In this document: positions 9,493 to 18,326 of the stretch, piece after piece
Layout of the letters: every line of letters begins with the position of its first letter
Position numbering within the stretch: the first letter of the stretch is position 1
Origin: a virus
Taxonomy: Duplodnaviria; Caudoviricetes
Strand: one strand, 5' to 3'
DNA length: 56,130 bases
IMG/VR virus record: IMGVR_UViG_3300024999_000128
Coordinates: 1 to 56,130 of that record
The notes under the pieces: model-generated
Told to the model about the DNA's origin: nothing
The model's database searches: none
Seen by the model: the letters and a program-made list of their open reading frames with translations, nothing else
Made by a program: the position numbers and the translations under genes

Positions 9493-9641
9493 CAGTCTAC
9501 CTCGATTATTTTCAAAAACCTTCTTCTTGCTCTTGCCATCATCCGCTTGACCCATGGAATGTATTTGTCCTGCTTTTCCCTTGGATTATCATAGCGGCAA
9601 TATTTCCACTTGCCTTCTGCCTTACACAAGGGTTTTGCCAT
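9492..9641 (-). CDS. 49-aa basic hypothetical protein
   Basis: MAKPLCKAEGKWKYC...IIEVD; TGATG-coupled at both ends. Confidence 0.55.
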   Translation of the reverse strand: MAKPLCKAEGKWKYCRYDNPREKQDKYIPWVKRMMARARRRFLKIIEVD

Positions 9642-10078
9642 CACTCGATCTCCTCAACCTGGCCTTCGGGTGCCGCCGGCGGAGTGACGTCAGGAAAGAC
9701 AGGAGCAGTCGGCGTAGTGGTTGTGGTGGTAGTCGTGGTCGCCGGGTTACTGGAATCCGTCTGGCGCATGTCGTTCGTCCACTTACTCAAGGCTTCCTTG
9801 ATAGCTCCCGTTGCAGCGGTTCCACCATAAGCTCCGAGCGCGCTGTCAGCTGCGGAATCCTGTTTGGAGTCCTCGATGATGATGACTGTGTTCCCAGCAC
9901 CGCCAGAGTTCGTCGAGCCGGCACCTGTCTGGTTAGGACTTGCGCCGTATGGTCCGAGGCTGGCTACCTGTGGTGTGCAATTACCCGGAACCCCTTGATT
10001 GATTGTGTAATCAGCCGTCTTTATAGTGCAACCTGTCAGCAAGACAACGGCCAGTGCTATTCCCAAAAGTCTCTTCAT
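9641..10078 (-). CDS. Lipoprotein with poly-Thr/Pro tail
   Basis: MKRLLGIALAVVLLTG-C lipobox; low-complexity C-terminus. Confidence 0.75.
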   Translation of the reverse strand: MKRLLGIALAVVLLTGCTIKTADYTINQGVPGNCTPQVASLGPYGASPNQTGAGSTNSGGAGNTVIIIEDSKQDSAADSALGAYGGTAATGAIKEALSKWTNDMRQTDSSNPATTTTTTTTTPTAPVFPDVTPPAAPEGQVEEIE

Positions 10079-10104
10079 TTCTTCCCCCCAGATAAAGTTA
10101 AGTT

Positions 10105-10443
10105 TCATTTTGGTGTGACTGAGATAATCCTTGGTTTCGGGCCCCAGTCATTCAAGACATACGGTGCTGAATGGGAAGACTCTCCACCATCTGCAAAGGT
10201 CGCAGTCAGAGTGAATGTCGTGGACTTATTCACTAGCGTAACATCACAGGAGCCAATGCGCACGATGGCTGTGCCCCAAGTGCAGACTGCTACGCCTTCC
10301 TGATAGAGTTTGAACCCAGTGTGTGACATATCTCCAGGTGGGGTGTACTCCCACTCGACAGTCAGGTTGCGCTGCCAGCCTGGGGCAGCTAGGGTGAAGG
10401 TCGGAGCAAGAACAAGTAACAGAATAAGCAAAAGTTTTTTCAT
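10105..10443 (-). CDS. Exported fibronectin type III-like protein
   Basis: Signal peptide; LTVEW...GFKLY...FTLTA...GGES.HS pattern typical of Fn3-like domains. Confidence 0.65.
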   Translation of the reverse strand: MKKLLLILLLVLAPTFTLAAPGWQRNLTVEWEYTPPGDMSHTGFKLYQEGVAVCTWGTAIVRIGSCDVTLVNKSTTFTLTATFADGGESSHSAPYVLNDWGPKPRIISVTPK

Positions 10444-10527
10444 ATCGTTTTCTCCTTTAGTTTCTTGTCAGCCACAGCACCGCCGCCAGTTCGATAGCGA
10501 GGATGACGAGCAGGGTGTTGATAACCA

Positions 10528-12219
10528 TCATATGCTCAACAATGCCTCTAATGTGGCAAATGGCACGACATCGTCCACTGCTTGCCTATAAATTCTAAAT
10601 CTCCCGTTTTTGAAAATACCCACGCCCCCACCGGATATGAAACCAACAGCAAATCCATTGTTTAAATACCATTTTTGCTGTGCGGTGGTCACAGACCCAG
10701 ATGAGTACAGCAAAACATTTGATCTGTAGTTTGCGGTGTTGAATGCCGAGTTAGAATTGGCCATAGCCGCGACAAACTGAGCGTAGGATAAAAACTCGTA
10801 AGGAAGGTGTACGTCCGCATGGTATCCTATTGAATTACCGTCATATAACAACTTGTCAATAGTAGCCTGGTTAGTGACAAAATCAAAACTATCAGTTATG
10901 ATTGCAGTAGTCTGTTTGATATTGTTCTGTTGATGCACTAATCGGACTGCTTCTACCGTATTGTAACCAAACCCATTATCATCAGTAGTCATTACAATAA
11001 CCTTGTCTACCGCTGGTATTGCGCCAAGGTACATTTTGATAAAATCTGACATAGTTATGAAAGTCCATCCGTATCTCTTTGCGGTAGAAAAAAACCGTTT
11101 CAGCCTTCCAGATGTTACTTTGTAAACATCCCCACCGGGGGCTATCCCGTCTGATTCTACCCCAGCTATAAAATTGTGGCACATCCCCACCAAGAAACGA
11201 GGCTCCGCGTAATTGTAGTGCAGAATTTTTAGATTTCGTATCGGCGCAAAAATTGGGGTGTCCGCTCCATCAGGAGAATGGTTTAAGTAAATCTCGCAAT
11301 CAAGACTACTATATGCGAGAGCGGCGTAATAATCGTAAATTTGCAAATCACCGTCAATGTATACCCATATGTTTGTAGTTGTGTCAGAGTGCGTCTCAAA
11401 GATTATTTTTATTTTATGCCAAATTCCAACGTCTTTTATCGGAACATAAGTTTCATAGCTGTCATAGATAGTTACAGCGGTGTTTGATAACGTGGGGATA
11501 TCATATTCCAATTGGGATTTACATAGGCTTGCTACAAAGCAGGCCAAGTCGGATGGGACATGACCATCGGCATAGTGATTTTTTACCTCATAATCAACGC
11601 CTAAATCTGTCTGCATAGCCGAAATCATGGACTGTATGGTTGCGTGATCCGCAAACAACCAGGTGTATAAAGGTGTCCCGTTATCTGAGAGGCGCACATG
11701 TACGTCTGTTACCTCCAGAGTTATTAACAAATCTGCTGCTGTCGGAGCTACTTTGCGGATAGAGAAGGCATCTGTTTTATTTAGGCCTGTTTCCAGCTTA
11801 CCGGCCACCCCGTATCGCTCAGTTGCGCCAACATAAGTGTACAGCCTCGCAAGATAATTTGGTATATATGGAGCTGCCGTGGGAAGGGTCGAGTCTACTC
11901 CTACTTTGAATATTGGAGTGGTGCTGCCAGCTTCAACGATAGCTGCAATAAGAAGACGGCCAGCACCAGAATGCACATCAAACGGGAATTGCATCTCAAA
12001 CTCAATTGATGTGGGTCGCTTGTATTCGAATGGAATCTTGTATGCCGCATCACTTCCCACTGTACCGCTAATGATAGCATCCTCACTGTCCTCTATCCCA
12101 AAATGAGATTCAATCCGACCAAAAATCTCAGTGAAATTGTCTTGGGTGTTCCCGAAATTTGTATCGAGCGATGCTTTTGAGGCGGCAGTTCCGACGGTTA
12201 TAGGCTTTTGGCTACCCAT
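10528..12219 (-). CDS. Virion/tail-associated protein with C-terminal polysaccharide deacetylase (CE4/NodB-like) domain
   Basis: MCH..., GWTFITMSDF, VMTTDD, IGYHADVH and GF..GF...RFRIYR motifs; AT-rich gene; start ATG 12219. Confidence 0.65.
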   Translation of the reverse strand: MGSQKPITVGTAASKASLDTNFGNTQDNFTEIFGRIESHFGIEDSEDAIISGTVGSDAAYKIPFEYKRPTSIEFEMQFPFDVHSGAGRLLIAAIVEAGSTTPIFKVGVDSTLPTAAPYIPNYLARLYTYVGATERYGVAGKLETGLNKTDAFSIRKVAPTAADLLITLEVTDVHVRLSDNGTPLYTWLFADHATIQSMISAMQTDLGVDYEVKNHYADGHVPSDLACFVASLCKSQLEYDIPTLSNTAVTIYDSYETYVPIKDVGIWHKIKIIFETHSDTTTNIWVYIDGDLQIYDYYAALAYSSLDCEIYLNHSPDGADTPIFAPIRNLKILHYNYAEPRFLVGMCHNFIAGVESDGIAPGGDVYKVTSGRLKRFFSTAKRYGWTFITMSDFIKMYLGAIPAVDKVIVMTTDDNGFGYNTVEAVRLVHQQNNIKQTTAIITDSFDFVTNQATIDKLLYDGNSIGYHADVHLPYEFLSYAQFVAAMANSNSAFNTANYRSNVLLYSSGSVTTAQQKWYLNNGFAVGFISGGGVGIFKNGRFRIYRQAVDDVVPFATLEALLSI

Positions 12220-12280
12220 TATAATTCTCCGCACATGTATAATTTCCTACATCCATGTAGGAGGTGAATATAATTTCAAT

Positions 12281-13570
12281 TCAAGCTGCGTACCTAAGCA
12301 AGGCGAGCATTTCAGCATCTGTCCCAACGCTCTTGCCCCAAACTTGTGATTGTATCGCACCAATGGGTTTATCTATTGTGTAGCCCCATCTCAGGTGAGC
12401 GCCGGGATTGACAGAACCATCGTAATCAGCAGCAGCACCCCATGTAATTGCAGATTCAGCGGATTTTTTGTAGCCTACCTGCTGATTGGTCCCTGCACCG
12501 TTGATCCACCAAGGGATGAATAGGGTTTCACCTCTTGCCCACCCGTCAGCAACCGTAACAGTTGCCGTGTTCGTGCCATCGCTGGCCTTCAGTACACCTC
12601 CAGCAGCAGCGTAGATGCCGCCTGTGATGGAATCATTGATTGAGATGATGTTGGTATCTGCTGTGACTTCAGCCGAGGAAACCCCCATGTAAACTAAGGC
12701 AGCGGCAGTAAATCTTCCTCCCGCACTCAGTGCAGCAGTTATCCGGCTGTCCATCAGAAAGGCCATACCGTTTTCCGGGTCATCGTCGCCTGCGGTTGAA
12801 GGGACTGAGACTGTAGCACCTGCACCCGATGCTGCGTAGGGCATCCGATAAGCACTGGCTACAAACTGAGGACAGCAAAAAGTTGCAGAGAGGGTGGCGA
12901 CATTAGTGACCCCTACGCCAAACCGGAAACTTATGGTTCCACCTGTGTCGGTGGTAGTAAATAGCATCTCCAAATAATGCTCCCCGACCGTCACAACTGT
13001 GCTCGTTAAGGCGGAGACTCCATCCAGCATATATGACCTACTGCTATTAGCTATTACATCAACAATATTCAGTAGTTGCGAAAACGTGGTCTCATTGGCA
13101 ACATTTATTTTAATGCCACACCTATACGTAGTATTTGTCCCTATCGTGATAGGCTGTCTGTAAAATCTCCTGCCTGCTGTAACAGAGAAAGTCAGGTCTG
13201 TTCCATCCAGAACCAGTGCCCCATCGCCGAAGACAAGTATCCAATTCGTCGGACCTGTACCCGGCGACCCACTCACAGCCCCCTCAAACTTGGGGTTCTG
13301 CAACAGGTTGCTATACGCAGGCTGCACCATCACCCCTTTCCCAGGATGATTGACAGGCCACGGTACCATGTTGCCGTCAGCGTCGGGCTGGTTGCTTGCT
13401 GCTGAGGCCAGGATCTGGGGGCCGACCGGGCAGAGAGATGGGGTCTTAGCGTTCCAGAGTGATAGGAGACCGGGGATGCCAGTGCTACCTCCTGCCGACG
13501 AAGCTGAGCCGAACTGCTGCCCGAACGGCTCGTTGGTCAGGGACCTGAACGGGTCGAAGAAGACAGACAT
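12281..13570 (-). CDS. Tail fiber/spike-like protein with carbohydrate-binding and LamG-like segments
   Basis: GVMVQPAYSNLLQNP...PTNW spike/fiber motif; beta-rich; start ATG 13570. Confidence 0.55.
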   Translation of the reverse strand: MSVFFDPFRSLTNEPFGQQFGSASSAGGSTGIPGLLSLWNAKTPSLCPVGPQILASAASNQPDADGNMVPWPVNHPGKGVMVQPAYSNLLQNPKFEGAVSGSPGTGPTNWILVFGDGALVLDGTDLTFSVTAGRRFYRQPITIGTNTTYRCGIKINVANETTFSQLLNIVDVIANSSRSYMLDGVSALTSTVVTVGEHYLEMLFTTTDTGGTISFRFGVGVTNVATLSATFCCPQFVASAYRMPYAASGAGATVSVPSTAGDDDPENGMAFLMDSRITAALSAGGRFTAAALVYMGVSSAEVTADTNIISINDSITGGIYAAAGGVLKASDGTNTATVTVADGWARGETLFIPWWINGAGTNQQVGYKKSAESAITWGAAADYDGSVNPGAHLRWGYTIDKPIGAIQSQVWGKSVGTDAEMLALLRYAA

Positions 13571-13571
13571 C

Positions 13572-13889
13572 TCAGTACTCCTGCTCAACCAGAGCGACGC
13601 CGATGGTGGCGCCGACCGACTCCGTCTTGACGAACTGCAGCCTGATGGGGCTCGGGATGGTGATCGGCTGGGAGGTGGCAGTGATGGTTACCGCGGTGCC
13701 GAAGGCGTCGTAGAGCGGCAGGACGGCCGTCGCCACCCCCGCTGCGTTCATGGCTGTAACAATATTGACGGCGATGGTATTGGCTGCGAACGGACCGACT
13801 GCGTGGATAGTCTTCGGGAAGGGTCCACGGGTTAGATGGATGACGTCCGAGGTCTTGGCTGTGGTTTGCGGGGTGATTATGTCGCCCAT
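13572..13889 (-). CDS. Small beta-rich virion protein
   Basis: 105 aa with AAGGAG SD; directly upstream of the spike-like gene. Confidence 0.55.
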   Translation of the reverse strand: MGDIITPQTTAKTSDVIHLTRGPFPKTIHAVGPFAANTIAVNIVTAMNAAGVATAVLPLYDAFGTAVTITATSQPITIPSPIRLQFVKTESVGATIGVALVEQEY

Positions 13890-13911
13890 GATGTAACTCC
13901 TTGAAATTAGG

Positions 13912-14421
13912 TCAGAAGTTTATTTGTACGTTAATATTGGTGGCGTTGCCGGCGTTTTCTTCCTTGCTCTCTTTTGGGATCAGGCCGCCCCAGGCCACCG
14001 TCGACTTGATCGCTTCCAGCCGAGTGCTGGCGGGGGTGCCGTCGCTGTACACCAGCTCGTCCAGGACCTCGAGGTAGGCCTCTGCCTGGACCCGGGCCTT
14101 GGCTTTGAACGGCAGGCCGTTTTCACGCACGTCGCGGATGGTCAGGGCCAGTTCACGCCTGAAGATCGGTGAGTGGGCCAGGGTCTCGTAGTCGTCAAAG
14201 GTGAGGTTGTAACGGGGCAGGACGGTGTCGAGGTCTTCCACTCCCAAGGCCAGGTCGAGGATGAGGCGGGGGTCCCAGCGGTTGACTGCTTCGCGTTTGG
14301 GATGGAGGGGGGCGGAATGGCCAGCCAGAGTGACAGGCGAGGGTTGAGGCTCATCGTAGTCTCCAGAGAGAAGGTCGGCGAGGTCGTCTTCGAGCAAGGT
14401 GTGATGGCTTGTCAGGTTCAT
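13912..14421 (-). CDS. Candidate terminase small subunit
   Basis: First gene of the left arm next to the non-coding divergence region; helical body with PASTRLEAIK and a C-terminal NINVQINF beta tail. Confidence 0.55.
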   Translation of the reverse strand: MNLTSHHTLLEDDLADLLSGDYDEPQPSPVTLAGHSAPLHPKREAVNRWDPRLILDLALGVEDLDTVLPRYNLTFDDYETLAHSPIFRRELALTIRDVRENGLPFKAKARVQAEAYLEVLDELVYSDGTPASTRLEAIKSTVAWGGLIPKESKEENAGNATNINVQINF

Positions 14422-14459
14422 ACTAAAGGTGGTAGCGTGTTTGCGGAGAAAATGCAAGA

Positions 14460-14930
14460 GAAAAGTAACAGGATGATACGATCAGATACAACTAAATGGT
14501 AGGATTTAGTCAGTAGGGGCTTCGGATTTCGGGCGGTTCGAGGCGTGCGGCTTGGTTTACGGAAATTTGCTGTAAAAACGGGCGGTTATATTTTTGGGGG
14601 AGGGATTTTTGTAGTAAGTACGGGGGTTTACGTGATTTTGCTAAAATCTAGGGGGTTCGTATTAGAGGGTATGAAATGAAGTGGCTCCCCTCCCCCCGGT
14701 CTCCCCCCAGGCACCCTACCAGGATATCACGGACCCCGTACCCCTACCGCCCCGGCGCCCTGCCTTTCAAGAAAGAAAATCTCCGATCTGATCCGCGTAG
14801 ACCTGATCCGCCCCGGTAATCATGCCCGAGCTGTGCCCGAGCCGATAAAAGTAAACCAATCCACCTACGCAAACGGATTATCATTGTAAACCGAACAACG
14901 AAATAAAAGAGTAAACCCTTTCACTTTTCC
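14460..14930. other. Non-coding divergence region with G-run to C-run strand flip; candidate genome end or packaging site
   Basis: G/T-rich up to ~14685, then abruptly C/A-rich; GGTTTAC on the left side versus GTAAACC on the right. Confidence 0.5.
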
Positions 14931-14931
14931 C

Positions 14932-14960
14932 TTGCATCATTATGTTACACGAGATACTAT
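14932..14960 (+). promoter_or_regulatory. Sigma70-like early promoter
   Basis: TTGCAT-17 nt-TACTAT upstream of AGGAGGT SD and ATG 15001. Confidence 0.65.
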
Positions 14961-15000
14961 TAATTATAAGGTTTAATTAGATTAATACTATATAGGAGGT

Positions 15001-15189
15001 ATGCATATGTTTGATCTTATCTTAGCTGACCTTGTACGTTGTCATAACGATTCTTTCCTTTGGTCTCTGTCTCTTAAACAGATCAATACTAAGTTCAAGT
15101 TGTCTCCTGTATTGCGCGTAGGCGAGGAAGTATCGATCCACGTACCTGGCGACAATACTAAGATGTTCATCATTATCAGGAGGGCATAG
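15001..15189 (+). CDS. Early hypothetical protein
   Basis: AGGAGGT SD; first ORF of the right arm. Confidence 0.55.
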   Translation: MHMFDLILADLVRCHNDSFLWSLSLKQINTKFKLSPVLRVGEEVSIHVPGDNTKMFIIIRRA

Positions 15190-15191
15190 CA

Positions 15192-15365
15192 ATGAAAAGA
15201 GTAAAACAATTCCCGATGGCCGATAGGTGCGCTCGATTTGTTGTCAACCATGTAGCCTATTACAATCCTGAATGGGTTCGCCAGCGCTATTTTGAGGCGC
15301 AACGGATGCACGCTTCGTGCATGGTAGAATCATTTTACAGACACGGTAAACGTAAACAATATTAA
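15192..15365 (+). CDS. Early hypothetical protein (57 aa)
   Basis: GGAGG SD; MKRVKQFPMADRC...; translated by eye. Confidence 0.5.
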   Translation: MKRVKQFPMADRCARFVVNHVAYYNPEWVRQRYFEAQRMHASCMVESFYRHGKRKQY

Positions 15366-15410
15366 TTATAGAGATTGATTGAGAATAACTCAACCCAAGG
15401 GAGATACACT

Positions 15411-15674
15411 ATGAAAGTAATAATTGAAAACCTGGCACTGTGTACCGACTGTACAATGGCAGCTGTGAATGATGATTACACCAGCCTTGACTATCACTAT
15501 TCACAAGAAGAAAGCGAGACACGTATGCAAGAGATAACTGCAGGGCTGGCAAAGCTCGGGCCTGGCTTGTGCTATGACGGATCACAAGAAGACGACGAGT
15601 TTTCAGCTCGACAGTGTGACTGTTGCGGTACACGCCTTGCCGGGCAGCGCTCGTTCTTTTGCGTCCTTGGATAA
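15411..15674 (+). CDS. Early hypothetical protein with two CxxC motifs
   Basis: LCTDC...FSARQCDCCGTRLAG; GGGAG SD. Confidence 0.7.
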   Translation: MKVIIENLALCTDCTMAAVNDDYTSLDYHYSQEESETRMQEITAGLAKLGPGLCYDGSQEDDEFSARQCDCCGTRLAGQRSFFCVLG

Positions 15675-15724
15675 TAAACCCAAACTCCCGAGCCGGGCGG
15701 GATATCCCGGCAAAGGTGGAGAAG

Positions 15725-15898
15725 ATGAAAATCTTATGCAAAAAACTGGGAGTAAAGTTCAATCCTGACCTTGAGACCATAGCAATAAATGGCAGGCTCA
15801 TTGTGCGGAATCGTGGTCAGATTGTTACGTCAATACCTGCTGAGAGCAGGACCGCCATTGAATACATGAACCGAGTGAACAGGAGGATCAAATCATGA
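15725..15898 (+). CDS. Early hypothetical protein
   Basis: GGAG SD after the GCCGGG/CCCGGC hairpin. Confidence 0.55.
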   Translation: MKILCKKLGVKFNPDLETIAINGRLIVRNRGQIVTSIPAESRTAIEYMNRVNRRIKS

Positions 15899-16007
15899 AG
15901 GGCCTTGTCTGCATACTTCTTGCCGTTCTAATCTATGCCGGACACCTAGCAATTATCAAGGTTTCCGCGATTATTGAACCAATAAATTTAGCCTTGCAGG
16001 TGAGGAA

Positions 16008-16289
16008 ATGAAGATGACAACCGAGCATTACAAATTCATTAAGGATCAATTGTCCACAATATCTATAGATGATTTACAGAAACATTTTGTTGCATTGAAG
16101 CAAGCGCAAAAAGACAAATCCCAGCGCATTAAAGATATCGATATGCGCTTTCGGTGGGATTGCTTTTATTCCCGCAAGCTCTCCCCGTTTGCCTGTAGTC
16201 ATTTGTATTCATACCTGAATGATACGCATATTGATACAGCTTTGAAACAGATCGCTAAAGAGCTTGGTTTTCCGACAAAGGAGAAATGA
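16008..16289 (+). CDS. Early hypothetical protein
   Basis: GAGG SD; RFRWD...LYSYLNDTHIDTALK. Confidence 0.7.
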   Translation: MKMTTEHYKFIKDQLSTISIDDLQKHFVALKQAQKDKSQRIKDIDMRFRWDCFYSRKLSPFACSHLYSYLNDTHIDTALKQIAKELGFPTKEK

Positions 16290-16290
16290 A

Positions 16291-16467
16291 ATGAACGAAG
16301 AGCAGATGAACGAAATAGTTTTAATGAAGACCCGTCTACCTTTTCGCATTGTTTGGGGAATGCTCCACAAAGATCCGCCGCATACATTCTCCGTACACGC
16401 AGACTACGACAAGCGAAAAATGAACAAGGCCGCTCGTGAAGGTCATTATGTAGTCAAAGCACAATGA
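16291..16467 (+). CDS. Early hypothetical protein
   Basis: AAGGAG SD; operon position. Confidence 0.55.
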   Translation: MNEEQMNEIVLMKTRLPFRIVWGMLHKDPPHTFSVHADYDKRKMNKAAREGHYVVKAQ

Positions 16468-16597
16468 GGAGAAATGGTATGAGACACATGCTAATAAGAC
16501 AAGCGCTCTCCAAGTTGTTATCCGAACCTGGTTATTATCGGTTGAGTATTTCGGCCAGGTTGCAGATTGTTCATTTTTACATTTTTGAGGTGATATA

Positions 16598-16846
16598 ATG
16601 CTAAACTGCGAAAACCCAAATACAAATTACAAAGACATCATTGAAGATTTCAAGGTCAGTGATGAAGGATTGCAGCACGAAAGCAATATAGCTGCAGATT
16701 TTGAACACGGACAGTGGTTCATAACATGCTTAACATGTGGAGCACAATGGTCTGTCAATGACGCTGAAGGCAGAGACGGAGACTACTACCAATTTGACGA
16801 AGTCACCGCCGGAGATGACTACTGCCTTAATTCTGAAGATCGTTAA
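16598..16846 (+). CDS. Acidic early protein with CxxC
   Basis: GAGGTG SD; FEHGQWFITCLTCGAQWSV. Confidence 0.65.
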   Translation: MLNCENPNTNYKDIIEDFKVSDEGLQHESNIAADFEHGQWFITCLTCGAQWSVNDAEGRDGDYYQFDEVTAGDDYCLNSEDR

Positions 16847-16854
16847 TCCATCGT

Positions 16855-16878
16855 GCCCGGTTCGCCGGGCCTTATGTT
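16855..16878 (+). terminator. Hairpin GCCCGG-TTCG-CCGGGC; weak terminator or processing site
   Basis: Perfect 6-bp GC stem, TTCG loop, T-rich tail. Confidence 0.55.
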
Positions 16879-16906
16879 AAAAACCAAAAATTGAAAGGGG
16901 AATACT

Positions 16907-17185
16907 ATGCAGCGAGTAACGAAGAAAGACCTTGAAATGGTTGTAGCTAGGATCAACAAAGTAACTGGAAACCCGGAAACCGCATACACCAGAAAAGACG
17001 GAACCTACCAGGCGAACCCTGGGTGTTACCATCTCTCATGGGCTTACGGCGGAGTCTGCCTTGAACAGATGAGCAATGAAGGCGGAGGAGTACGGACTGT
17101 GCTGCATACAGGGTACACGACAAAAAGCCGATTGATGGATGCAATGCAGGCATACTTGAAAGGGCTGGAGGAGGGGAGCAAATGA
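16907..17185 (+). CDS. Early hypothetical protein
   Basis: GGGG SD; YHLSWAYGGVCLEQMSNEGGGV. Confidence 0.7.
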   Translation: MQRVTKKDLEMVVARINKVTGNPETAYTRKDGTYQANPGCYHLSWAYGGVCLEQMSNEGGGVRTVLHTGYTTKSRLMDAMQAYLKGLEEGSK

Positions 17186-17436
17186 AAAGAATAATTATGA
17201 CAGAAACATTTGACGGCAAACTACATAAAACGGAGAAGGACGCGGTCAGGCACTTGGATATCATGTACACTAATGCGGTGTCTGAGATAGCGGTAAAACT
17301 CACACAATACGGTGAAGGAAAATACCAGAAAACAAAGGACTGGATTGATAGCAATTTGGAGTTATTCATCCAAGCGAGAAGAATAAAAGACGACTTTGCC
17401 TATCCACAAGACGACGACATCGAAGAGGACGAGTAA
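17182..17436 (+). CDS. Early hypothetical protein
   Basis: ATGA overlap, strong SD. Confidence 0.65.
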   Translation: MKRIIMTETFDGKLHKTEKDAVRHLDIMYTNAVSEIAVKLTQYGEGKYQKTKDWIDSNLELFIQARRIKDDFAYPQDDDIEEDE

Positions 17437-18100
17437 CAGTTTGATACCTAAAACATGCAGGCCCGAGGCCCCAAAAAACGAAAGTCTGCATGTTTTGAGT
17501 AGTGAATTGTTACAGGTGATGTAACAGGAATATACATTTGTAGTAACATTCTGATACATAAAAAGTAACAAAACTATACTGCCGCCAGGAGGTCAAACAC
17601 TGGCGAGGTAGCAGAATACTGTTAGGAAAGTGCGGATCACACCACGTCTTAGATGATTTTTATCTGAAAAAATTTTGATGTTTTACTGAAAAAATGTAAA
17701 CTGAAACCTGGCGGGTCCATAAAATGATACGTTTAGAGGAGATTAAACACAGGGATGATGGAGCAAAAAATATTGCCAATTCTTGCCTATTCCTCTGACT
17801 GTAGGATGAAAACATGTACCACAATGTGGTGTTTTAGCGGGTCGGGCGAGCAGGCATGTAACATATCGCGGACCGAGAAGAGGCGAAAATTGATTTTTCT
17901 GTGGCATAGTTTACACGAAAAAGGGTATTTCTAGAGATTTGAGCGGCGGCGGAGGGTTCCAGCCACGCGGAGAAAATCTAATAAAATCATACCCCTTATA
18001 TTATATTTATTAAATAATATATATATATATAGTAAAAAAAGACATAGGCACTGCCTACGCGCTGGCCATTTGGTCCGCGATATGATACATCAGCCTAACA
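17433..18100. other. Candidate replication origin: iteron-like repeats, inverted repeats, AT-rich unwinding element
   Basis: GTAAC-N5-(G/T)ATAC at 17433, 17521, 17543, 17565; 19-bp inverted repeat at 17856-17874 and 18072-18090; nearly pure A/T run 17996-18040. Confidence 0.55.
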
Positions 18101-18272
18101 CTGGCATGTCTACCAATTTAATTGATGTAGCATATTACGGACCAAAATACATACAAACTGAGTATGATTTTCGTTTTCAGGTTAAATTCGTCATACCATC
18201 CAGCCTAACCATATGGAATCATTGTAATTCAATCTGAAAAAACTTATTTTCACATTATTTATTGTAAACCGC

Positions 18273-18302
18273 TTGACTTTATCTTCCTGCTTAGTATATT
18301 AT
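18273..18302 (+). promoter_or_regulatory. Sigma70-like promoter
   Basis: TTGACT followed after 16-18 nt by TATATT/TATTAT; AAGGAGG SD downstream. Confidence 0.6.
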
Positions 18303-18326
18303 GACTACATAAGGAGGAAAAACACA

